A stretch of DNA of 64,000 bases from Candidatus Latescibacterota bacterium (GTDB lineage: Bacteria > Latescibacterota > UBA2968 > UBA8231): assembly GCA_965200315.1 (NCBI GenBank), contig OZ241362.1, positions 2,688,001 through 2,752,000 of the forward strand, in the 5' to 3' direction. The notes under the pieces were generated by a model that saw nothing but the letters and a program-made list of their open reading frames with translations, had not been told where the DNA came from and searched no databases. The position numbers were made by a program, and so were the translations under genes. Of this stretch, positions 48,769 to 56,753 are shown one piece after another; positions within the stretch are counted from its first letter, which is position 1, and the number at the start of each line of letters is the position of its first letter.

Positions 48769-50574
48769 TTAATCCAACAGGGAAAATCCGGTGTAGCCGC
48801 GGCGGTCTTCCGCGCCTTCTACGCCGCCTTGGGGAAAGTATTCTGACCAGCGCCGGCTGACCTTTTGCGCCGTTTCTTCGTCCGTTATCAGCTCGTCCGG
48901 GTAGCCGGGTTTCATGCGGCAATCCAAGACGACCGGCGGCGTATAGCAGGGGTGGTGGCGACGGAGCTGGACGGCAGCGGCATAGGTGTCGGCCGCCGGC
49001 TCAAAGCGGGTAAAGGTACTCCAAAGGAAGGTGACGTTCTTGGCGGCTGCACTAGCGTCGTCAACCAAAAATATCAGCGGCCAAGCTGCGACAGCCCGGT
49101 CTGCGGCGAGGTGTTGGGCGTAGCCCGGATCTTCCGAGTACGTCGGTCCTTGCACCGCGAGAGCACCAGGGCAATAGACCGCGGCGGCGCGGGCCCCGCC
49201 GGGCAGATCGCCGCTTATTTCTCCGGGCAATTCGCCGACCGGATCGCCCACGCCTATAAGAATCCCTTTGCTGCCTTGGTTCACGGCCGGCCCCGTGTAG
49301 TCGAGGGTATCCATGGCGAGGTTGGCAATGACGAAAAGGTCGGTTGCGAGCCGCGTACGCGCTAGGGCATACGCGAGCACCTGCCGGAAGTCGCCCAAGT
49401 CCAAAGGGCGATCTATTACGACCAAGAACTTGGTGAGGTTGAGCTGGCCGCCGTCCTCTCCCAAGATGCGAAAGGCAAACTTCATGGCCTCGCGTGGATA
49501 GCGCTCCTCGACGACGATGGCCGCCAGGGAGTGATAGCCGGTCTCGCCGTAGCTCCACATGGCCTTGATCGCGGGCATTACCAGCTTGCTCAAGGGCGTC
49601 ATGAGTTGCTGGATGTAGGTGCCGAGGAACATGTCCTCCTGCGGCGGCTTGCCTACTACGGTGGCCGGGAAGATGGCGTCTTTGCGGTGGTAGAGGCGCT
49701 TGGCTTGGAGCACTGGGTAGTCGTGTTGCAGCGAGTAATAGCCGTAGTGATCGCCGAAAGGCCCTTCGGGCTTGCGCACGTGCGGCGGCACCACGCCCTC
49801 AATGGCGAATTCAGCTTCGGCGATCAGGGGCAGGCTAGTGCCCTGTACGCGACGCAGGCGCTCGCCCTGCAGCAGGGAAGCCAAGATTAGCTCGGGCAAG
49901 TCCTCGGGCAAAGGCGCGATCGCTGCGAGGATCAGTGCCGGCGGCCCGCCGACGAAGATGACCAGCGGCAGGTCTGCGCCCCGTTGCTCGGCGACGTGAT
50001 AGTGAAAGCCGCCGCCTTTTTGGATTTGCCAGTGTACGCCGAGGGTCTGGGCATCGTGGCGCTGGATGCGGTACATGCCGAGGTTGTGATGGCCGGTGTC
50101 GGGGTGTTCGGTATAGACTAGCGGCAAGGTGATGAAGTGCCCGCCATCCTCGGGCCAGGTTTTGAGCAGGGGCAGGTGCGCAAGGTTGGGCGGCGACTGT
50201 ACACACTCGCCGACGGGACCTTTGCCGACGGTCTTCAACCCGACCTTAAGCGCGGCCGGGATCAGGTTTTTGTGCGGCCAGAGCTTGCCCGGCGAGAGCG
50301 AAGGCAGGTCTTGGGCGAGTTGCACGAGCTGTTGGATAAACTGCTCCGGCCTAGGGCCAAAGGCCAGCTCGACGCGGCGGGCCGTGCCAAAGAGATTGGT
50401 GACGCAAGGAAAGTCTGCGCCTTCGACGTGGGTAAAGAGCAGGGCCGGACCAGCGGCCGCAAGGACGCGGCGGTGGATCTCGGCGATTTCGAGATCAGAG
50501 GAAACCGGAGCGTCCACAGTGACGAGCTCGCCTTCGCGGCGCAGGAGGTCGAGGAATTGGCGCAGGTTGTGCAT
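48769..50574 (-). CDS. UbiD family decarboxylase (probably menaquinone/futalosine pathway type)
   Basis: WPEDGG, NLGMYR, PEGPFGDHYGYY, DTLDY. Confidence 0.92.
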   Translation of the reverse strand: MHNLRQFLDLLRREGELVTVDAPVSSDLEIAEIHRRVLAAAGPALLFTHVEGADFPCVTNLFGTARRVELAFGPRPEQFIQQLVQLAQDLPSLSPGKLWPHKNLIPAALKVGLKTVGKGPVGECVQSPPNLAHLPLLKTWPEDGGHFITLPLVYTEHPDTGHHNLGMYRIQRHDAQTLGVHWQIQKGGGFHYHVAEQRGADLPLVIFVGGPPALILAAIAPLPEDLPELILASLLQGERLRRVQGTSLPLIAEAEFAIEGVVPPHVRKPEGPFGDHYGYYSLQHDYPVLQAKRLYHRKDAIFPATVVGKPPQEDMFLGTYIQQLMTPLSKLVMPAIKAMWSYGETGYHSLAAIVVEERYPREAMKFAFRILGEDGGQLNLTKFLVVIDRPLDLGDFRQVLAYALARTRLATDLFVIANLAMDTLDYTGPAVNQGSKGILIGVGDPVGELPGEISGDLPGGARAAAVYCPGALAVQGPTYSEDPGYAQHLAADRAVAAWPLIFLVDDASAAAKNVTFLWSTFTRFEPAADTYAAAVQLRRHHPCYTPPVVLDCRMKPGYPDELITDEETAQKVSRRWSEYFPQGGVEGAEDRRGYTGFSLLD

Positions 50575-50960
50575 GGGCGGCCGTCGAGTGGTTGTTGATG
50601 ATTCTGAAATATATTAAACTCTACCCGCCCAACCAGCACCCCATTTTTGCTTTGCCTCCTCCCATGTCCAGACGAACCTGATAAGGAGGAGACCGTTCTA
50701 GGGAGCGCACGAGATACTCACTCGGACCTATTTTATCTGGGCGGAGTCTGAAAAATTACAAGGTCGAGACGACTCCGCACGGGACCTGTTGCACGATGCG
50801 CTCGCACTGGAAGCGGCCGACCCACGTCTCTATGTCGCCGTTGGTCACAGATACTACGAACTACAAAATTTTTTGTAAAATCAAGGAATTATGCGATTCA
50901 AGTGCCAAGCTAACAGCTACGCCGCGATAAGATGATTAGGGATGAGACGCTTCGACTCAA

Positions 50961-53036
50961 ATGACAGTGAAGGAACGGATTAGAGAAGCACAGATGGAAC
51001 TTAGAAAAAGGAAAATGACTGCACAATTCTGGCGATCTAAAGGACTTAGCGTTCGTGCATCCAATTGTCTGTCAATGGCAAACATTATAGACGAACAAAA
51101 GCTAATCGAGAAAATTACAACTCTTGATTGTCTGCTTGCTCTCAGAAATTGTGGCAGACAAACAGCCGAAGAGGTCTGGACATTTATCACAAACTTAAAG
51201 TCTGCCCCCGACTACGATCGGGGACCAGAAGTTACATCATCCGATCCGAGCGATGAATATTTTACAGAATTGCAATCGATCTTCATCCCTCTCCTAAACA
51301 CAGAAATATCTGCCCATACATGGAAAGCTCTTCAAAAGATTCCGGTCAACAGTATCCGTTGGAGCGTTCGGACGCAAAATGTGATTAATTGGCAAAGGTT
51401 GCAATCACTTGCTGAGGTTGCCGAATTTTCACCGAGAAAATGGCTGAGTTTTAGAAATTTTGGAAGTACCTCTTTGACAGAACTCCAAGAGTGCGTGAGC
51501 GAAACAATTGAACAACTTCGATCTAATCCTGATATGCTTGATCCGGGTGATAGACATCTGGGACAAAAACCTAACCATTTTGTTAAAACGCAATCGGTCT
51601 TTATTCCCCTCCTAAACACAAGAGTATCTGCTCATACATGGAACACTCTTCAAAACAGTTCTATCCGTCAATTCACATGGAGTGTTCGGACACAAAATAT
51701 TCTCCTTAAGCAAGGCTTCAAAACGCTTGCGGAGATTGCCGAACTCTCTCCCCAAAAATGGCTCATATTTAGGAATTTCGGACGCAAATCTCTGATTGAA
51801 ATTCAGGAAACAGTAGATAAGGTCATAGCAAATCCTGATGTGCTTGATCCGAACAATGACCGTTCTAATGAATTACCGCAGATCCAGACACTTTCCGAAC
51901 TCGGTCGCGTGGTTTTTCAACGTCTGCAATCCCGCCAACAGGAGATTGTTAAGTACTACTATGGTTACGAGGAAATTCCTAAAAATTTACAGCAAATCGG
52001 CGAATTACTTGGAGTTAGCCGTGAGCGAGTCAGGCAAATTAAGCAGACAATCAATAATAAAATTAATCAAGGAGAGGACAATCACTTAATTACAACCACG
52101 ATCTTCTGTCTTTTGGGCAAATCTATCCACGATGTTCTAGCAAAGGATGGTGGGTTCTGTTCTGTCGAAAGCCTCCAAGAGATTATTCACCAGCAGTTGG
52201 GATTGGGAGATAACGAACAGTGGATTATCGACTGGTTTAATGAAGCATTCGGTGAGACGTGGATATACTTGGGGATAGACGAGTACAAAATTGTTGATGG
52301 TGTTTTTCTGCTAAAATCAGGAGACCCTGTTCAAAATTTTTTAGCACAACTTACTCTGAGACTCCAACGTTACGGTTATCGACCTTTGACATTGAAAGAA
52401 TGTCAACACCTCATTCAGAAAATGGATGGATCGATGTACGACTGCGACAGCAGTTCAATAGCTTTTGATTCAGATCAGTTGATCAACGTGATTACAAGCT
52501 ATCCTAGCTTAAAAGTCTATCAGTATGGAGAAACACTTATCGGGTCAAAGGCATGGACGTGGTTCAATCCTGAAAAGCCAACGACAGCGTCTCTCGTCGA
52601 ATGGTATCTCCGAGTGGTCAATGAACCCGCCACGGCAAAAGCAATTGCCAATGGAATATGGAGAAAACTTGGTAATTTTAGGTTGATGCCTTTTGATATT
52701 GCTGAAATCTGCGAAAAACAACCGTACCTCTTTCAAGTTGATGATAATGGTGCTTACGGTTTGAGCCTTTGGAAGGAAGCCACAAAAAACCAGCAAGTCC
52801 TCACAGAGTTGCTGTCAGATAAACCGTTACCTATTGAGCAGATTGCAGAAGTGTTATCCCTCAAGAATCTAGAAGAGACGACGCTGATTGTCGCAACCTT
52901 GAATTTTTATACAGATTCGTTTGTGGAAGTGATGCCTTTCGAGTGGGCATTAAAGCCACAGATGGACAGAATCGAGATGGAAACAGATTTTGATTATACC
53001 AATCTCACTTTTGAAGACTTGATGCCTAAATTATGA
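50961..53036 (+). CDS. Protein with three RNAP alpha-CTD-like domains, a sigma-70 region 4 HTH and C-terminal winged-helix-like domains
   Basis: LSVRASNCL...RNCGRQT, WSVRTQN...RNFGSTSL, WSVRTQN...RNFGRKSL; LQQIGELLGVSRERVRQI. Confidence 0.85.
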   Translation: MTVKERIREAQMELRKRKMTAQFWRSKGLSVRASNCLSMANIIDEQKLIEKITTLDCLLALRNCGRQTAEEVWTFITNLKSAPDYDRGPEVTSSDPSDEYFTELQSIFIPLLNTEISAHTWKALQKIPVNSIRWSVRTQNVINWQRLQSLAEVAEFSPRKWLSFRNFGSTSLTELQECVSETIEQLRSNPDMLDPGDRHLGQKPNHFVKTQSVFIPLLNTRVSAHTWNTLQNSSIRQFTWSVRTQNILLKQGFKTLAEIAELSPQKWLIFRNFGRKSLIEIQETVDKVIANPDVLDPNNDRSNELPQIQTLSELGRVVFQRLQSRQQEIVKYYYGYEEIPKNLQQIGELLGVSRERVRQIKQTINNKINQGEDNHLITTTIFCLLGKSIHDVLAKDGGFCSVESLQEIIHQQLGLGDNEQWIIDWFNEAFGETWIYLGIDEYKIVDGVFLLKSGDPVQNFLAQLTLRLQRYGYRPLTLKECQHLIQKMDGSMYDCDSSSIAFDSDQLINVITSYPSLKVYQYGETLIGSKAWTWFNPEKPTTASLVEWYLRVVNEPATAKAIANGIWRKLGNFRLMPFDIAEICEKQPYLFQVDDNGAYGLSLWKEATKNQQVLTELLSDKPLPIEQIAEVLSLKNLEETTLIVATLNFYTDSFVEVMPFEWALKPQMDRIEMETDFDYTNLTFEDLMPKL

Positions 53037-54697
53037 AAGAGTTACATCGCATGATCTTGCCACAACACCAACAACCCATAACCGTTCGACTTGCGCGGAA
53101 AGAGGACATTGATGACGCGAAACGAATCGCAGACCAACATCGCTTGGAATTGGGGTTTGTCAGTATCGCTGTTTTACGGGCTGCACAAAGCAAAAGATGG
53201 CTACTTGTTGCTGCCGAATGGGAGGATAAGAGAAAATGTGATGTGGTCGTCGGATTTGCAAACTTTCGAATCAGACAGGACCGAAATGCAACTCTGTACG
53301 AAATCGCAGTAGCTGATACACATAGGTGCACAGGTGTCGGCACTCGCTTGCTGAGTGAATTAATTCGACGTGTTCACCTCGCCGGCGGGCAATATGTTCG
53401 CCTCAAATGCCCACAAGATCTGAGTGCCAATCAATTTTACCAAAAACGCGGATTTCGATATATAGAAACGGAGCAAGGCAAAAAGAGACGGCTCCAAGTA
53501 TGGTCCTACCGCATACCCTCAATGCACGGGGCAGACGTAGCAACTCTCCCGATTACCTCGTCTAGCTCTGTGGTTAGTAAGCAGGGTTCGCGGCGACTCA
53601 TCGGATGGGAGGGCGAATCCCTCACACCCGCGTATTTCTACGCCTCCCTGACTGTCAAACCAGATGAGATGAGGACATTGCACCGCCTCTGGCATAAACA
53701 TGCACACGACTTTGATTGGAAGTTCGGTAAACCGAATCCATTTCAACGAGTACTCATCTCTCCTGTCGTCGCTCACAAGTACACCTTTGATTTCGTCCGC
53801 GAACTGAAACGGACAGGTGAGACGGAAGTGGTCATGTTTGATTCTGGTGGCTATTTCGTCCAGAAAGGAGATATCTCTTATTACGACCTGCATCGAAAAC
53901 TCTATGACCGCTATCAGCAGGAGGATTGGGCGGATATCTACGTTCTTCCAGATAATCCACCACTTAGCAAAGATTCACTGAGTTCTGCGGAAGCAAAGAT
54001 AAAACAAACTGTTGAAGGCAGTCTGCTACTTCACGGGGACCTTCCTTACGCAATTCAGCAGAAAGCGATGCCTGTCGTTCACGCAACGAGAAGTGAACAT
54101 CTCGACTATTGCCTGCGACAATACACCAATTTTAAGAAAATCGGTTTCGGCTCATTTCCAACAAGCGGAAATTCAGACTCTATCAACCGATTGAACGTCG
54201 ACGCACTGCTAATTTTACAACAACTGACTCTGATGCTAGATTCTGAGGGTGTTAAACTACATACCTTTGGTATTTCAACACCACCTGCAATTTATCTGCT
54301 ATCATTAGCCGGTGTACATTCTTTTGACTCTAATGGTTGGATGCGGTCTGGTGGATATGGCAAGATATTTCTCCCATTTATGCGAGGTTATCTAGTTACT
54401 TTTAATTCTCGAAAAAATAAGAACTTGAATGAAGCAGAATTCAAATTATGGAAAGAAAATATAAAGCATGATTGTCCATTCTGCGGTTCTTTTGATCGGC
54501 TTTCAAATAATCGGTGGGATCGAATTATGCACAATCTGATAGTTATGTCAGAGTTAGAAACACATCAGAGGATACCCCAAACGGATATGTTACGAGAGCT
54601 ATCAGAAACGTACTATCGTATGTCGCAAAGCATACATAATAGGATAGGTGAAAGTTTTAACGGAGGATCTATTCTATGGCACGCTCGCACATTCTAA
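53033..54697 (+). CDS. GNAT acetyltransferase fused to a tRNA-guanine transglycosylase (TGT/DpdA)-like domain
   Basis: GNAT: LYEIAV...RCTGVGTRLL, ANQFYQKRGF; TGT: MFDSGGY, LPDNP, PVVH, LHTFG, SFDS, zinc site HDCPFC...HN. Confidence 0.85.
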   Translation: MKELHRMILPQHQQPITVRLARKEDIDDAKRIADQHRLELGFVSIAVLRAAQSKRWLLVAAEWEDKRKCDVVVGFANFRIRQDRNATLYEIAVADTHRCTGVGTRLLSELIRRVHLAGGQYVRLKCPQDLSANQFYQKRGFRYIETEQGKKRRLQVWSYRIPSMHGADVATLPITSSSSVVSKQGSRRLIGWEGESLTPAYFYASLTVKPDEMRTLHRLWHKHAHDFDWKFGKPNPFQRVLISPVVAHKYTFDFVRELKRTGETEVVMFDSGGYFVQKGDISYYDLHRKLYDRYQQEDWADIYVLPDNPPLSKDSLSSAEAKIKQTVEGSLLLHGDLPYAIQQKAMPVVHATRSEHLDYCLRQYTNFKKIGFGSFPTSGNSDSINRLNVDALLILQQLTLMLDSEGVKLHTFGISTPPAIYLLSLAGVHSFDSNGWMRSGGYGKIFLPFMRGYLVTFNSRKNKNLNEAEFKLWKENIKHDCPFCGSFDRLSNNRWDRIMHNLIVMSELETHQRIPQTDMLRELSETYYRMSQSIHNRIGESFNGGSILWHARTF

Positions 54698-55518
54698 AAG
54701 GGTTTTCGGATTTGGAGTCGGCGTTGTGGGTCCACAAATACCACCCTGGCCTTACAACAATCCGCCAAATGGTCAAAAAGGCTCTGGAAAATGGATACTC
54801 CGTAACTGATACAGCACGTTATGAAGCTGTTCAGCTATTAAGCGAATGGGGATTCGCAGATGGAAAAAGTAGGTCACTAACCCTCGAAGGCGAAGTATTT
54901 TACTACCTGTGGGAAACAAAACGAAGCACCGCGATTGATTTTCTGCACGCACGGCAATATAGTCTATGGGCACAAAGAGCCCCAGATCAAAACATTGCGT
55001 CGTGGGCGTACAAAAATATCTGTGACTACCTGTGGACACAGCAAACGCTTCCGGATAGAGATCAGGATCTAGTGGCTTACATCAATGACCTTCGAACTTC
55101 CGACAAAAATGTGATTCCGCCAGCAAATATAGGCAATGCGTTTTCCAATAAGTCGATCAATGACGCTTATGATTGGCTCCTGCCGCTGGAACCACCTGTT
55201 TTAGTGAACGGCGAGGTCGACGGTAAGGCACTTAAGGACGCTACATTTTCACAACGAGCATTTTGCTCAACACCGCTTTTTGTGATGGCACTCGGTTATA
55301 TTGTGCGAGAATCTGACACAACATTTGGGGATTTAGTCAAAATTGACTACACGCGAAAACAAGCCGCTTGTCGCTTCTGTCTGATCAACGAAACTGGCTT
55401 CGATCTCATGCTCGACGAGGCGTTACGCCAAGTTTCGTACCTGTCAGTACAGAGAGATTGGGACGGAGTTTATATAGTGTTAAATCAAATACCGGAGATT
55501 AGGGATTTTATTAATTGA
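54676..55518 (+). CDS. Putative BrxA-like winged-helix DNA-binding protein
   Basis: 280 aa, GGAGGA RBS, L..WGFAD.....LT.EG wHTH-like pattern; identity inferred mostly from context. Confidence 0.5.
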   Translation: MARSHILKGFSDLESALWVHKYHPGLTTIRQMVKKALENGYSVTDTARYEAVQLLSEWGFADGKSRSLTLEGEVFYYLWETKRSTAIDFLHARQYSLWAQRAPDQNIASWAYKNICDYLWTQQTLPDRDQDLVAYINDLRTSDKNVIPPANIGNAFSNKSINDAYDWLLPLEPPVLVNGEVDGKALKDATFSQRAFCSTPLFVMALGYIVRESDTTFGDLVKIDYTRKQAACRFCLINETGFDLMLDEALRQVSYLSVQRDWDGVYIVLNQIPEIRDFIN

Positions 55519-55529
55519 AAGGATTAAAA

Positions 55530-56009
55530 TTGAATACACAGGTTTTGAGTGTATATGCGGATACGTCCGTTTTTGGTGGCGCATTCGATGAAGAGTTTCG
55601 TCAAGCCAGTCAGTCCTTTTTCGATATGGTTCGCCATGGACATTTTAACCTGTTGACATCAGTAGTGGTGCAAGAGGAGATCGAGTCTGCCCCTGCGGAA
55701 GTTGTAACACACTTTGAACAGATGCTCAACTTTGCAGAAATTGTAGAGATTTCTGAGAAGGTTTTACAACTCCAACAGGCTTACTTAAATGCGAAAATTG
55801 TGCCTGAAAAATGGGCAGCGGATGCTCTCCATGTTGCCTTAGCCACTGTAGGAGGCTGCTCGATGATTGTAAGTTGGAATTTCAAACATATCGTGCATTT
55901 TTCAAAAATTCCGCTATACAATGCGGTAAACACACTTTCTGGATACTCAAATATCGCGATCCATTCCCCTCAGGAGGCGATCAACTATGAAAACGAAGAA
56001 GACGTTTGA
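55530..56009 (+). CDS. PIN-domain toxin
   Basis: VYADTSVFGG, EEI, DALHVALA, VSWNFKHIV. Confidence 0.9.
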   Translation: MNTQVLSVYADTSVFGGAFDEEFRQASQSFFDMVRHGHFNLLTSVVVQEEIESAPAEVVTHFEQMLNFAEIVEISEKVLQLQQAYLNAKIVPEKWAADALHVALATVGGCSMIVSWNFKHIVHFSKIPLYNAVNTLSGYSNIAIHSPQEAINYENEEDV

Positions 56010-56166
56010 TTGCGTTGAGATGAAACGTCGTGGCGCAGAACGAATCTACAATCAAATCGCAAGCATGACGCTCAGAGAACAACTAGCTTTCTGGGAAGAA
56101 CGTACCGAGTTGCTGCGAAAGCATCAGAAAACGATAAAAGTGAGACGCAAAATATCTGTGAGTTGA
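55987..56166 (+). CDS. Small partner (putative antitoxin) of the PIN toxin, 59 aa, absent from the ORF track
   Basis: MKTKKTFDCVEMKRRGAERIYNQIASMTLREQLAFW...; AGGAGG RBS inside the PIN gene. Confidence 0.8.
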   Translation: MKTKKTFDCVEMKRRGAERIYNQIASMTLREQLAFWEERTELLRKHQKTIKVRRKISVS

Positions 56167-56705
56167 ACCCGATGCTCTGGCAATCTTATCATCGAAAACT
56201 TCTCGCGTTAGCCGAAACTAGTGAGACTTTGACGACCTCTCAGCAGGAGGTCTGTCAATTTTTGCGGCAGGAAATCGGAGACTATCAGCAACGTATCAAC
56301 CTTTGGGGACTCCCGGGGGTTGGTAAAACATTTCTCGCTCACTATTTTCACCACTATGCAGATGGTCTCTATTTTTCATCTACGGAGAGTTCTCTAATCA
56401 CAGAAGTTTCCCCAAAGTCAGTGGTTATCATTGATAACGCACCATCTGACCGGAGTTTGGCGCGGTCGATCTTCGGGGAGATGCTTTGGGCTAGTGCGTC
56501 GTCGGTAATTTTGGTGACGTGTCAACCAATTGATGATGCGGTTCAGAGGATTGAGTTAGATCTGACAGATAGAGATATGGCACAAGTTGAGGGCGTAATG
56601 CGTAAACTTTTCGCCTATTCGCCAGTTGATAAGGTGGACAATTTTGAACGCCACCGCTCGGGGATTTGGGGACAACTCAAAGCTATGGCAGAACACGCCA
56701 TATAA
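56163..56705 (+). CDS. Small P-loop NTPase (BrxB-position protein)
   Basis: INLWGLPGVGKT (Walker A), VVIIDN (Walker B-like). Confidence 0.75.
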   Translation: MNPMLWQSYHRKLLALAETSETLTTSQQEVCQFLRQEIGDYQQRINLWGLPGVGKTFLAHYFHHYADGLYFSSTESSLITEVSPKSVVIIDNAPSDRSLARSIFGEMLWASASSVILVTCQPIDDAVQRIELDLTDRDMAQVEGVMRKLFAYSPVDKVDNFERHRSGIWGQLKAMAEHAI

Positions 56706-56753
56706 GATAAGACATAATCAGGCTGCGGCTTGAGCAAAGAGAGGAGATAACAC

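Noticed and set aside
50961-53036. rpoA or a true sigma factor
   Set aside because: No alpha N-terminal domain or sigma region 2 is evident, and it is not in a ribosomal operon
53033-54697. Housekeeping queuine tRNA-ribosyltransferase (tgt)
   Set aside because: Lacks the TPxFMPVGT and NTYHL signatures, is fused to a GNAT and sits in a low-GC defence-like operon
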